From Lytechinus pictus (taxonomy: Eukaryota), in contig NC_087251.1 of the NCBI RefSeq assembly GCF_037042905.1, positions 36,086,001 through 36,150,000 of the forward strand: 64,000 nt of DNA, given 5' to 3'. Each line of letters starts with the position of its first letter. The stretch's first letter is position 1. The notes under the pieces were generated by a model. It made no database searches. It saw only the letters and a program-made list of their open reading frames with translations, and was not told the DNA's origin. The position numbers were made by a program, and so were the translations under genes. Positions 1-13,428 of the stretch are shown in pieces.

Positions 1-526
1 CATAATTCTCTGCATTTTGGCTTTTAGAATCTTGCATTAAATTCTTGAGTGGGAGTTGTTATTCCCAAGATGACAGGCTTTCTTTTATTCCTGATGGAAA
101 GATTTGATTTTGCTTGAGATAATCGCCTCAAATTGGGTCACCTGATCTGACAACTCCTGCATATCTCTCTCCCCCACAGCTTATTTACAATTCCAATTAC
201 AAATCAAATCATTTGTAGCATCACAATAAATACTGAATGATAATAATTTGACTGAAAAAGCACCAAATCCACTCTTTAGGGTGCTCTAAGCAGGTAACAA
301 CTAAAAAGATGGCTAAAATGTTTATTGCCATGTAAAGAGATGAAAGATGCCCACAAATTTAAATTAATTGTTTGAACGTGATTGATGCAACACAACACCA
401 CACCCTGAAAATTACACCCTAAAATGTGAACATAATGTCGAAGACTGTGAAAGAAACAACCAAAGGTGCTGTAATAGCACCCTTGGGTGTTGAACAAACA
501 CTGTCAATTTATCACTGGAGTAAATT

Positions 527-929
527 GGTTTATTTCCAATAGGTCCAATGCCAATTCGTCTAATTACCAATTCGTCATCATCAATTCGTCCACTATCCAC
601 ATGGTCTAATCGCCATTTCGTCCACTCACCATTTCGTCTGATAACCAGTTGGTCCAATAGCCATTTAGTCCATAAACCATTTCGTCTAATTGGATAATTA
701 TTAATTGGGCGAAATGAATGAAAGAAAATGGGTATTAGACCAACAGTTAGTAGACGATATGGTCATAGATAAACTGGTGATTAGACAAAGTGATTATTGG
801 ACCAAATGATTATTGGACGAAATGGTTGTCAGACGAATTGTTGATAGACGGAAAGGCATTAGACTAAGAATGAAGGTAGACCATGTGATGAGTGGACGAG
901 TTGGCAATAGACGAATCGGCAGTTTACCA
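527..929. mobile_element. Foldback-type MITE built from ~15-bp degenerate CCAATTCGTCTAAT-like units
   Basis: Left-half units are inverted relative to right-half units (AGACGAATTG, GGACGAAATGG). A reverse-complement copy lies at about 12773-13043. Confidence 0.75.
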
Positions 930-2699
930 AGTAAATTGACTGGTGTGGTCCTTAATGTATATGAAAAAAACAATTCTGATTGGCTCCCGATCAGTGTTTT
1001 GAATAACATGCATAAAGCAACATTGATCTTGATTGGATTTTGCATTTACTGAGTAATTATATAATTATGCCAGTTCTTCTGGCTCAACCACAACGTAGAA
1101 AATAAGAAAACGGAATTGGGTCATATGATTGGCTGCATTTATTTTTGCCCTTGGTTACATCCTCAGTTTTTATTCTTCAACAGCCCTCTTTCAATCTAAT
1201 TTAACCTGAATATGGAAAATCATTATTTTGGTAGCTCAAGGGATGTACTTGACCAATCATTTGATTTGCTAGTAGAGGTTTCAAATTTAAATTAGATCTT
1301 AGGCCCCAAATCTGACATGGATCTGATACAGTTCATCATGGTAGATGTTATTGGAGTGGTGAAACAGGAGCAAGGGAGATGATGTAAATAGGAAGGTAGA
1401 GAAGAGGAAAGCCAAATTTCAGGATGGAACACTAGAAAATTAATCATTATTTAAAAAGAAAATACTAGACCTAATGATGGCTAATAATTAGTGCATTATG
1501 CTTCATTTTATTTTAGGAAGTAAATCATGGACACCAGCCCCCCCCCCAAAAAAAAAAAATGAATGAATGAATTGGTAATTAAGTAAGGTTCATGAATGAT
1601 ATGAATCAACAAACATATCAGGCTAATGAGTTTGTAAATAGATTAATGGATAGATGAATAAATAAATGAAGAATTGATATAGAATTAACAAAAGTGCATC
1701 TAGATTCTAGGATGCATACATATTGACCGACTTTGAAATAATAAAAAAGAAAAACATAACATAAACTTATGATCATCAGATAATAGACCCCAAGTATTTT
1801 ATTTTGATTAACCTTCTGTGAAAATTACTTTTGTGATGCATTGTGATTTGTTCATAACCTGTGCTTTTTGGCTATTTTATCCATGCTGTGAAAATTTGAT
1901 TTTTTAAAATTCTCCATCATTAAATCAAGACCGAAGGATAATCGAAGTGGAGGTCTGTATTTCAGAAAATATAATAGAATCTATAGCATGGAAAGGTAAA
2001 GAAAATCACTAAATCTACTTGGATTTGAAAATAAATGCATCATTGTTTGAAATAATTGTCAAGGGATTTGGCATCATCCATCGTAAGTATGAACTAGAAA
2101 CTGCTAGTCTTTGCACTCTATTTTTTTTCCAGATTTATGGATGTGAACACTTTGGATAATGTAGTTTGATGCATGTCGTCCCCATATTCATTTCTAGGAC
2201 ATGCACATTACGCTTTCATAGAAATTGGTCTACCAGCGGTATTGCGCAATCACCCTCCCGTTAACCCCAATTCCGATCCCTCAGTGGAATTGACCCAGAA
2301 GTATGTAGGTCGGTGTGGCAATGTGGCGGCTTTTTCTGGGCGAGTTGTCGGGCAGCCCCAGAAAAGAATGGGGAATGTAGAACACGGGGTGATGGCAGAT
2401 ATGACGGCAGGGATGTGGATCTAGATGAAAGTAGCAATCAGAGCGTAGCAGAATTTAGTAGGGCAGCGAATTACTGTCTAACAGGTATAGGATGATGAAG
2501 TCGGCACTGTCACCGGGTAACGATCCCTCTGATAGATGAGGTCTACCCTTCAGGGACTTTCTCCCACCCTTTTATGTCACCATCCATTTCTATCCCTCCT
2601 TCGCTCCTTGTCTTCCTCATTCCATCTTTCTTCTTTTCTTGATCTCATACTCTCTCTCATTTTCCTTTCTTCTACCCCCCATCTTGTCCTCTTATGCTG

Positions 2700-2836
2700 A
2701 GAGCAGAATTTCATGAAGCATCTTGTGAGTGACTTTTACAGACTTGTTTGTTCTGAGCCAATCAGATGCAAGGATTTCAGTAGCTTATAACTGCTGTCAG
2801 TGAAAATCGACAATTCTTTGCAGAAATGCTCCCTGG
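2700..2836. mobile_element. Short MITE family with core GAGCCAATCAGATGCAAGGATTTCAGTAGC
   Basis: The same core recurs at about 4942-5082 and 28330-28457, and inverted at about 52010-52095. Degenerate TIRs TTTCATGAA...TTCATGAAA. Confidence 0.7.
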
Positions 2837-5800
2837 GTCTCCCTGTGATGTTCCTTTTTGCATGTGACTGATATGATAGGATGGTGGTGAAATGTCAGGC
2901 AACACTGCAATGCAAGAAGTGGTATAAGTGAAACATAACATACCCAGATGTTAGAATTGAGGTTTGACTTACTTTAAACCAGTAAGTGTAGAAAATTGAC
3001 TCTTATTTATTAAATATCTAGTTTTACCACCCCCCCTCAAAAAAAATGTTTTCTTAATTTTCAGTTTTTTAACTTTTGATAACTATTTTTCCTTTTCCTA
3101 GCACTTCTTTTGTAACTAATTCGGTGTTTGAGAAAGCTAGGATAATCCCACAATGTGGAATACGAATACCCCCTCCAGAGAGGATCAAGGTGTAATCCGA
3201 ATATAATGCATGATTTGCAATAAAAGTTGAAGTGAAAAGACTTATTAAACCTAGGGCAATTAGAGCAAATCGAGACAGCTTGTCTTTTAAATATATCATG
3301 CATTTCAAAGAAGTGTGCATTTATGTAATTGGAATTAAATTTTTAATGCAAATTCATGCCATGCTACCTATCCAGGTTTACAGGTTGATGTATATGAATA
3401 AGAAATAGAGCACAGCTAATGGAATTGTGTCGAGTATTAGTTCTGTTCTAATTCTTCTCTAACTCTGTATTAAACAGTTGAAATTATTAGAGCCTTAAAT
3501 TTATTTCTCATATTAGTATGCATTTAGTTCACTTACTTTGTTCTGTTGACTACACATTATTACACCATTTGCATACTAATTATCTGTATGACATTCATGA
3601 GGGATGTTGTACGAACAAAATGGGAGCCATTAGCCTTTGATGTTTCTTTAATGAACAACAGTAGTATGTAATTAGAATTCTAATACAGTATGGGATGTGA
3701 TGTTATGAGATAGATTTAATATAATTTTGCGAGTTGTTGGGGGCGGGGGATTCAGTGGAGAATGGAGACAGAGATTGAATTTTAATTCCTTTGCATGTAT
3801 TTTGAATTTGGGTTCTTCCATTCCATGTTAAGGGGAGTTCAATTAGGGGTTGGTGAGATACTTTTGAGGGTCTTTTTTTTTTTGCTATCAAACTTCAGTG
3901 ATATTTCATTACCTCCAGAAATGGGTAGCACACATCGTTATTGGGGGTTTTATGTCAAGAGCCCCCTAGGGGTCTGCGGCCAACCATCGACCCACCTAGA
4001 GTAGGCTTCAATTTCAACTAAGAAGTTTGATGCCGCGAGGCAGTCCCCTTTTTTCCTCCCTTATGTCCCTTCTCGCTCCCTTCCCCATTCCTGCACAGCC
4101 AAGTTTCTTTACCTCAATTCCTTCCTTTATGCCTTGCCCTATCCTGCCACTGGGCAGAAAACTGTTTCAGACCATTTTTTTTTAACATGTTAACTAGTTC
4201 AAGTGCCTACCAGGCATACACCCTGGTTGTAAAATGAACTGTTCCAAGAGTGCAGTCTGATGAGAAATGGTGGTTAGGTTCCCAACAGGTGAAGTCGGTT
4301 GGACCGTTCCATTTCTGTCATCTTGCAGGGGCAATCAGCGTGCTCATCACCGGAGGGGCCAAGTCTGAGCTGATTTCACTGGCCATTGAACTCCACAGGT
4401 AAGACGACAAATCATAGCCATGTGTCAAAGTAGCATCTGCAAAATGGGTTAATGAGTGATATTCTGGCCGCTCTCATGAATTTTAATTAGGCACTCTTGA
4501 GAGTCCAAGAGGCAAGATTGTCATGGCTCGGAGCAACCTGGAGAACCGTCGTGTCATCCCAATACTTACATACTTGTCTTGACTTTGAGGAGCTTGGATT
4601 GTTTTTCATTTTTTTGAATTTCTTTTAATCATTTGAGAACAAGCACCTATCGGTAATCCACCCGGGCACTCTGTTATGCTTTCTGCTACTGCATTGGATT
4701 AAGCTGCCGTGCAGGGTATATCATAATACTCTCCCTTTCCTGAGGCTCTGTTGATCGTGACTATCGAACAAATCCATTATTCCTCTTCATATTTTCTTTC
4801 CTGTTCCTGGTTTACTGGAAAGGTAACTTTAGGTCACATACCTGGGAAAAATAAAACACTTGTACCTAGATATTCACACATGAGAAGTGTCATGTGAACG
4901 AGAATGAAAGAAAAATACTTCAGGATTTTGATAAGAGGCTTGGGGAGTGTTTCATTAAAAACAAATAATCAGTGATTTTCAACAACAAATTTGCTCTGAG
5001 CCTATCAGATGCAAGGATTTGGGTAGCTTATAACGAATATTGGGTGAAAATGAATGACTTTGTTTTGTGAAATTCTCCCCTGGAGGGAAGAAAATCTGGG
5101 AGAGATAAAGAAGAAAATGCAGAGTTGAGATTGGTGTCTTATTGGGAGAGCATTTGAAAGAACACGATTAAGGTTCAGTGAACGGAGGCGAAGAGGGGAA
5201 ACGAGGGTGCTTGTTTTTTCAAATAATTCCCAGAGACTAACATGAGAGCTGGAGGATGTGACCGGCAGTTCACTGGCATCCCAGTGATCACGTCTCACAG
5301 ACTCCCAGAATTCCACTTGAGAACAGCATCTTGTGAAATCTCTGTTGATCAGATGCATGTCAAGTGTGATCCTCCATGCATTATTCACAATCGTGAGGGG
5401 GGGGGGGGGGGTAATTCTTATGAAATGAGATGTGTTTAAAGATAAAAAGAGATGATTACAAGCTCATTATAGTATTTTTTTTTCAAACCATTTTTTTTCC
5501 TTGTTACAATATTTTGCAGATATAATTGGCATCCTGTTATATTGAGAAAGCTCATTACCTTAATAATCTATTTGGATATGACACCAACCCCTTCCCCCCC
5601 AAAAAAAAAATTGTTACCATCACTTTTAGATGTCTCAGTTTTGAGTAAAATAGGCCTACGGTCTCTTTTTTTTTAACCCATTGCATTGAATAAATCGGCA
5701 TTTATGAAGACTACACCTGACAGGATCAAATTCATCACATGAGAGAGTAAAATGGCCCTAATTCTTCCGCCAGTAAAAAAATAGTTCCAAAGTAGTGATA

Positions 5801-6151
5801 TATCTTTCCAATTTGGAAAAAGGAAGTTCAGTAGGTACCCTCCCTAGAATCAGTGTTAGATTGTCAATCATATTCATTCATTTTTGTCAATCAGCAATAT
5901 CAAATTTCAAAATTGAGCAATGGGTTGGCTCGAATGAATATCTTTGGCCTGCCAGTTGTAGTTAGGCCCGTGTGACCTTCTATGATTTTACCTGTCAAAG
6001 CAATCTTCTCCATTGGCTGTTCCATGCTGTATTACCAGTAATCTGGTATTGCCATGAACAGGTTGTGTTTAGCTTTACTTTCCCAAAGGAATTAACAAGA
6101 TTTTCTGGTTCAATGACTGATGAAGTGATTCAACATTTTGGTGGGATGTTA

Positions 6152-6600
6152 GAGGCTGTTCTCACTACGTTCCTAAAACTAGTTTAGTGGAAACTAGTTT
6201 AACGCGTAGTGAGAACGGTTGAAGCGGTCTTGTAAGCGATCTTCCAAACCAGTTTGGAAAACCACCTCGCGATGTAGTTTTCAAGATCGCTTTGCCTCGT
6301 TAAACTGGTTTTAGCGTAAGTGAGGACACAACAGTTCTTCGGGAAGCGATATTCGCACATTTTGAGCGGGCTACTCCACACGACAGGTGTAGAATGCCTA
6401 TGCTGCGGTTTCGAATTTCGTGCAAAACGTGTCACCCCACTGAGAGCATTTCCATAGCAACAAGAGCGCTTTACGTGAAGTGATTTTGAAAACCACTTTC
6501 GTGTGATCCAGTGGGAACGCTAGCAAAGCGATCTTCCAAAGTGGTTTCCTGAATCGGTTTCCAGTAAACTAGTTTTAGAAAGCGTAATGAGAACGGCCTC
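6152..6600. mobile_element. PIF/Harbinger-like MITE, copy 1
   Basis: TIRs GAGGCTGTTCTCACTACG / CGTAATGAGAACGGCCTC with a 3-bp TSD TTA on both sides. A highly similar copy lies at 37343-37776. Confidence 0.85.
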
Positions 6601-6905
6601 TTAGATAAGACATGAAGAGTTTTTACACTTATATCACAACACATGCAAAAAGGGCACACTTTCGTTGACAGTCATCCAAACTGTCAGATATTCATTAGTC
6701 TGACATCAAATATTAGTTTTCAAGTTTTTCTCAAAAATCAAAGTAAAAGCTCAATTATTTTATGGCAACGATTCCATTGTAGAAAACTTTGTCTGAAATA
6801 TCATGTTTAAAGTTTAGCCTACAGGCAATAAGCAGAATGTAGACATGTATGTACAATATTTGTTGCTCATTAATTGCCAGATCGCAAGCACTGTAGCGTT
6901 CTATA

Positions 6906-8204
6906 CAGTGCGTATAAAAAAAACGGGACAGATTTTAATAGTCTATACAATTTTTGTTTCAAATTATGTCTATATTTTGATGTTCATAGGTGCTCTGAAG
7001 TCTTATCTTTCATGTTTTTGTCTGGGGTTAAAGAGGAGGCTTGCGCCAAAATGGCACAAAATGACAAATATGATGATCGGACTTTTTGCTAATCAGCAGA
7101 CTTCCTCTTAACCTTTTCATTATTTTTGCCATAATTTTCGAATTATGCGGTCAAAATTCATTTTCAAATCTATTTTTTTGCTTGAATTGTTCTGTTGTTT
7201 CTTTTTAATATGTTCTCTTTAGCTTAGAATATTCCTTCTTTTAAGCAAAAACAAATAATTTTCAACCGAAGTATGGGAGAGTGTGCATTTTTTTCAAATC
7301 CTTTCATTGTGTGCTACAAAGATTATGGTGCCTTTGAACAGTGGCATACAGATGGGCGGGGGTGCGGGTGTTCCCCCCAATAAAAAAAAAGTGGAAAGGA
7401 AATAAAAGGAAAGATAGAAAGTGAAATATGATTTATTTTCTGAATATTATGTCAAAATCTATCACAAAATTTGATATTTTAATAAAAAAGTGGAAATTTT
7501 TGCTTGCTCGCTTCGCTCGCTCAAAACTTTTCAAATACATTTTATCCGATCTTCCATATCTAGCTCCTTCAAAATTGACCCAATACACCATTGCCGTTGA
7601 AAGACGAGAATCCTTTCCTGTTTGTCCTGTCAAGCACATAATTAAACTTGGTCAAGAAATCAATTACCCCTTGAAAAAAGGATTCATGTTTTAAAGGTAC
7701 CATAACATAATTTGTTTCACATAATAAAATACGATTTGAATAATTACAAGTTCTCCCAAATAATAATGCAAATCTTCGTGCTTAATTGGGTTGACAAAAA
7801 GTATTCTTTTCTTACTTATGAAGAAAAATTCAAAGGTTAAAGAAGTTTCAATGAAAAAACAAAATATTTCAAGTAAATAAATAAATAAATGTGTAAATGA
7901 AGTTTGACAGCATAATTCGAAAATCATGGCAAAGATAATGAAAAGGTTAAGAGGAAGTCTGATGATTAGCAAGAAGTCAGATCATTAAATTTCTAATTTC
8001 TGCCATTTTGGTGCAAGCCTCCTTTTGAACCCCTCGACAAAAACGTCCCGTGTTCGCTCAAGCATGAACAAAATTAATTTTTTTTAATGTCATTTTAAAG
8101 ATTAGATTTCAGAGCATCTATTAACATCAAAATATAGATATCACAATATGAAACAAATTTTTTATAGACTTTTCAAAACTGTCCCGTTTTTTTTATACGC
8201 ACTG
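6906..8204. mobile_element. Tc1/mariner-like non-autonomous element with long inverted arms
   Basis: TA|CAGTGCGTATAAAAAAAACGGGACAG ... CTGTCCCGTTTTTTTTATACGCACTG. The arms stay complementary for several hundred bp (about 7030-7148 vs 7910-8030). A different repeat starting CAGTGGCATACAG (about 7339) sits in the centre. Confidence 0.85.
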
Positions 8205-8540
8205 TCGTCCATGCAATTGTGCAGTAAAACTAGAACAAATCAGTAATATCATAAATGTTGGTTAGCTAGTGTCAGTACATTTATAGGAACAAAGCAATAA
8301 TGAATCATAGATCGTACCCGAATACATAATATTGACATGAGACTGAACCCACGCTACTGGAATGAAAGTAAATGTAGAGCTAGATCCAGGTTAGAATTTA
8401 GTTTGTAGGAGTAGTGGCCAGCCAACTGAGTTAATTTTGGGAACTGGGTCTAGCCTCGATCGGATCCCAATAAGAAAATAGAAGAAAAAAATTCTAGGAC
8501 ATTCCAGGAAAGGGCTTTATTACAGCTAACAACTTTGTTA

Positions 8541-8624
8541 TTAAAGGTAAAAGACAGGAGGTGCAGCAAACAATACTTTCATGAGAAAGTCTTTTAAATC
8601 AAGGTTAATTGTCAAAATATTATC
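8541..8624. mobile_element. Kolobok-like family B, left-end fragment
   Basis: TTAAAGGTAAAAGACAG...TTTCATGAGAAAGTC matches the left end of 21820-22222. Confidence 0.75.
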
Positions 8625-8699
8625 CTCCATCTATAGAGCTGGTTGTTGGGTCATACGGAGAGTGTTTCATGAACAAAAAGTGATGAACATCTTGCCATA

Positions 8700-8777
8700 G
8701 GACGCTAGGCCGTGGTGGGATTTGAACACACGACCCTCTGATTACAGGTCGAGAGTCAGAACAACTGCACCATGACA
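8700..8777 (-). mobile_element. tRNA-derived SINE head
   Basis: The reverse complement has A-box-like TGGTGCAGTTG and B-box-like GTTCAAATCCC. It is homologous to 30165-30283. No complete tRNA acceptor stem. Confidence 0.7.
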
Positions 8778-8778
8778 C

Positions 8779-9370
8779 TTAAAGGTCAAGTCCACCCCAG
8801 AAAAATGTTGATTTAAATAAATAATAAACTAGCAAAACGCTGAAAATTTCATCAAAATCGGATGTAAAATAAGAAAGTTATGACATTTCAAAGTTTTGCT
8901 TATTTTTCACAAAAAAGTGATATGCACAACTCAAATGAAACAGTCGATGATGTCCCTCACTCACTATTTCTTTTGTTTTTTATAGTTTGAATTATACAAT
9001 ATTTCATTTTTTATAGATTTGAAAATAAGGACCAACTTGACTGAATCATATACTATTAAACAATGCTCATTCCACATTTTCAGGGAGGAATTAATCGTTG
9101 TTTCACTTGGCAATGAGGAGAAAACTAGAATATTTCATATTTCATATAATAAAATACAAAAGAAATAGTGAGTGGATGACGTCATCAGTCTCCTCATTTG
9201 CATACCAGCCAGGATGTGCATATAACTGTTTTGTGAAATTAAACAAAACTTTAAAATGTCATAACTTTCTTATTTTACATCCGATTTTGATGAAATTTTC
9301 GGTGTTATGCTTGTTGGATTTTTCTCTTTTTATTCAAATCAACTCTTGTGGGGGTGGACTTGTCCTTTAA
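8779..9370 (+). mobile_element. Kolobok-like MITE family A, copy 1
   Basis: TTAA|AGGTCAAGTCCACCCC...GGGGTGGACTTGTCCT|TTAA. TTAA TSD with AG...CT termini is the Kolobok pattern, not piggyBac CCC...GGG. Long inverted arms. Confidence 0.88.
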
Positions 9371-11098
9371 ACAAAGGCCTGTGTTGTTGTTTTTTACTTT
9401 ATTTCAAATGGAAATCATGTACTGTAAATAGAGGGGAAGGGGTAGCATGGGAAATGTGAGAATTGTCTTAATGCAGAGCTGGGAAGAACCCCCCCCCCCC
9501 CCCAAAAAAAAAAAAGTTCAATATTTGTTCAGAAAATGTAGATGGCAGACATATGAATGATACAGACATGTAAATTAGCATTATCCAGCTATTTCTGTCT
9601 TTGTTATTAAAAAAATGAAGAAATCAGAAAATCAGTCCTCGTGATCGTTAGCTTACTATCTTATTAACTTGATTAATGTCTTCAGACGAAGCCATACATG
9701 AAAATTCAAAGGAAATATAAATTAAAAAAACTGGGAAAAAACAAATCATAATGCTTTGCTTTAACTATTGATTTTGGGTCATTCCATTATACCAGACAGG
9801 GAGGATCTGAATCACCTTGTTGCTGACCATATTATTGTCACCAGCATTCCTTCCATGGGACAAAGTCCATACTTACCTTTCAGGAAAGTAGAATAGTCTA
9901 AAACAGACCATACAGCAGTAGAATAGTTTCCTGAATAGGCACATACCATTCTTTAAAAAGGTAGTGCTAATTTAAAGTTGTGGACTTAATTGTCCTCACC
10001 TATATAGTAATTTGAGTCGAAATGCTGAAATTGATTTGGCTTTAGCATGTTGCTCTCATTTTCCTTATTGTTGGTAATTCGAAGAAGAAGAAATGTTTGA
10101 ATCCTTAAAAAATGAGCTGCAATAAAATCAATATTTTACTATTTCCGAAAAAAACCCACTTTTTATAAGTCTGTTATATTGATATCAAGTGCCTAGATGG
10201 TTTTAACTATCCTGTTCTCCTCAAACATGTCATAATTTGTTTAACCCAATGACTCAATTAATTATGATAACAGTCACTTCATTCAACTTGACCTCTTTTA
10301 GTCATAACAATATATCTTTGGGGACACGTCTCATCTCTCCGTTAAAAACCTGCGTGACTCACTTGAGTCTTTCACGCCATATTTCGCAATCTCATGACGC
10401 GTGTTACAAGTGGGCCGTATCAAGGCTATCCCATGCCTACATTCGCCATTACGCCATTTCATAGGAAGAGAAAAAGGAGACACAGGAAAAGAATCAGGCC
10501 TTTTGTCAAGTGCATTCGTTTATGGAGTGTTGAGAGCCCAATAAGTCGAACATGAAACTAGTTCTGTGTAGAGGGAAAAGGGGACACCCTGAATCGACAG
10601 TCAGAAACTGTGACAAGCCTAATAGAATAAGATGCCTCAAGATCATCCATCACGCTCATTCCGGCAATCTTTATTTGCTTAGTCTATATATCTGGCCTCT
10701 AGGCCCAGATACCCATTCTATCAGTCAGCTATTCTATTTCTGCATCTTCGTATTATGAGTGGTTCTCTTTCTGTTTGTCTTTGAATTTCAAAATATATAT
10801 TAATCTACCTCATCACTGTCTCTTTATCTATCTATCTATCTATCTATCATTTATCTATCTATCCATTGATCGACTGATATAGCTATCTGTTTAAATCTAT
10901 CTCTCCCTTTCTATATATATACACCTATCCATCTGTCTGCCTATATATATTTATTTTCATATCTATCTGTCTAGCCAATTATTAGTCAATCAGTCAATCA
11001 CATCTGTCAATCTATCTATATGTCTTTATACTATCTTTATTTATTTATGTAGTACAATTATTTGTTCTGTTAACTTTTTGTCACTCTCTCCTTGTTAC

Positions 11099-11671
11099 TT
11101 AAAGGACAAGTTTGCCCCAACAAAGTTTGTTCGAATAAAAAGATAAAAATCAAACAAGAAAGTTATGACATTTTGAAGTTCTGCTCAATTTTAAGAAATA
11201 GCTATATTCACTTCCTGCTCGGTACGCAAATGAAGAGACTGATGACATCATCCGCTCACTATTTCTTTTGTATTTCATTACATGGAATATGAAATATTCT
11301 AATTTTCTAATCATTGTCATGTGTTACAAAGTTTTATTCCTTCCTGAACATAATTATCATTGTTTTAATATTTTGTGGATCAAACAAGAGGGTCCTTATT
11401 GTCAAATTGGCAAAAATCAAAATATTGTATAATTCAAACAATAAAAAACAAAAGAAATAGTGAGTGACGGACATCATTGACTCTCTCATTTGCATATCAC
11501 TGAGTTGTGCATATACATGCAACTGTTGTGTGAAAAATAAGCGGAAATTTCACAACTTTCAACTTTCTTATTTTACATCTGATTTTGATGAAATTTTCTG
11601 TGTTATGCTTCTTTTGTTCTTTCTTGTTTTATTCAGATCAACTTTTTTTCTGGGGTGGACTTGACATTTAA
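11099..11671 (-). mobile_element. Kolobok-like MITE family A, copy 2 (inverted)
   Basis: TTAA|AGGACAAGT...GGGGTGGACTTGACAT|TTAA. The internal segment is reversed relative to copy 1. Confidence 0.85.
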
Positions 11672-12409
11672 GTTTAATTGAAAACATTTGTCAAGCTTAA
11701 TGAACTCTCCAACACTCCTGCTTTAACCATTATGAATGCTCTTTGTAATATTATTTATCTTAATTGTTATTATGGAAGATTAAAAAGTCTGCTACAGATT
11801 TTTCTGTAGATTGTTATTTTCATTGAGAAAATAATAATTGCAGTAAGATATTTGACTTCATCATACTATACTTTACTAAAGAACTGTCAAATAAAACAGG
11901 ACTGTGTAACAATTTTAATTAAATCCCAGTTTAATCATGAGGAGCCTTGACATTCCCCTTTTCAATACAAACTGTTGCCCCCCCCCCCCACATACACACA
12001 GATGTTGACTTCATTATCCAGAAAAAAAAACAAAAAATTGCTACATCTACATAATACAATAAGACTGGTAGTAAAATTAATCCTTTAAAAGGTTTTGAAA
12101 TATATTAATCACAAATCAAATTGAAAATTGAGAATAAATAGGAGTTCATGGATGAAAAAAAAAACTAAGAAAATTGTAAACAAGAATTAGGACAAATTTC
12201 AAGAGCTAATGATATTCTCATAGATTATTGTGGAATTATAATTTCAGACAACTTGCTTTCATGATTATTATGGTGTTTTATTTGTTGAAATTTTTTAATG
12301 CAAAATTTTGCTATTTAATTGATAAAGCTGGCATTTTAAATTTTGTTTAAAACTGTTTTAGAAATTGACTTCTGTAAATTTGTCTTGACCTAAAGGATCA
12401 TCACACCAG

Positions 12410-12677
12410 CAACTTCTTAAGACATGTGTGGCATATGGTGCGCGAGCTTTCTCTGCCTCAGCACCTTCTCTCTGGAATAATTTGCCGTTAAATTTAAGAA
12501 TTATACCATCACTGGAGACCTTCAAATCCAAACTGAAGTCTTATCTTTTCTAACAGTATTAGTTATTGGCACTTTGACACTCATCCAAACTTTCTTTCTT
12601 TCTTTTCTTGTGCGCCTCGGAATAGAATATTTCTAGATAGATGGTGCTATATAAATGCCTATTATTATTATTATTAA
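12410..12677 (+). mobile_element. 5'-truncated L2/CR1-group LINE: ORF2 C-terminus, 3' UTR and (ATT)n tail
   Basis: 12434-12553 translates to YGARAFSASAPSLWNNLPLNLRIIPSLETFKSKLKSYLF*, the typical G.RAFS..AP.LWN.LP...FK..LK..LF end of L2-group ORF2. It ends in GCTATATAAATGCC(TAT)n. Confidence 0.9.
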
Positions 12678-12772
12678 AGGAGGAACTATTCCTCTATTTG
12701 CCATGAATGTATAATGGTATGGAATTCACCAAAAACAAATCATTCATTTTTTCAAGCAAATATGCCACAGCT

Positions 12773-13043
12773 ACTTCATCTAATCACCAGTTGGTCTATG
12801 ACCATTTCGTCTCATAACCAGTTCGTCTAATGCCCATTTTCATTTCATTCATTTTACTGTAACCAGTTAACAAAGACCAAATGGTATATGGACTAAATGG
12901 CTATTGGACCAACTGGTAATTAGAGGAAATGGTGAGTGGACGAAATGGCAATGAGGCCATGTGAATAGTGGACGAACTGATGGTAGACCAAATGATAGTA
13001 GATGAGTTGGCAATTGGACGAATTGGCATTAGACCAATTGGAA
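12773..13043. mobile_element. Partial inverted copy of the 527-929 repeat family
   Basis: Reverse-complement similarity, e.g. GGTGAGTGGACGAAATGGC here versus GCCATTTCGTCCACTCACC at about 611. Confidence 0.75.
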
Positions 13044-13058
13044 AAAAAAATTATAATA

Positions 13059-13428
13059 TAGACAGAGGCTGCAGCTTTTGCATTTGCGTTTAAACGAGTC
13101 TGAAAACTGTTACGCAAAATGTCAGTGTGATACAGAAGACTACGAAATGTGGCTGCCAGCCACCGACTATCCACTCTAGTCTTGCGTTGCTTGTCATTTT
13201 CATTTTATCTACCAGGATTCGGTGCAATTTTTTCATAACGAAGACTGCCACTGGACATTCGTCGATAAACAAAATAACAAGTAACGCAAGACAGGAGTGT
13301 ATAGGCGCCTAGGCGGTGGCTGCTTTCCAGCGACGTTTCGTAGTCTTCCGTATCAGACTATTGTTGACGTTTCGCGTAACAGCATCAGACTTGTTTAAAG
13401 GCAAAGACATAAGCTGCAGCCTCCACTA
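13059..13428. mobile_element. MITE with ~90-bp imperfect TIRs
   Basis: GAGGCTGCAGCTT...AAGCTGCAGCCTC, with inner GAAGACTACGAAA / TTTCGTAGTCTTC. Confidence 0.8.

Noticed and set aside
527..929. CRISPR-like array
   Set aside because: Eukaryotic context, degenerate ~15-bp units in inverted halves, no unique spacers and no cas genes.
2491..2533. ATGATGA...CTGA as a C/D box snoRNA
   Set aside because: Only about 40 nt between the boxes, with no convincing terminal stem or recognisable rRNA guide.
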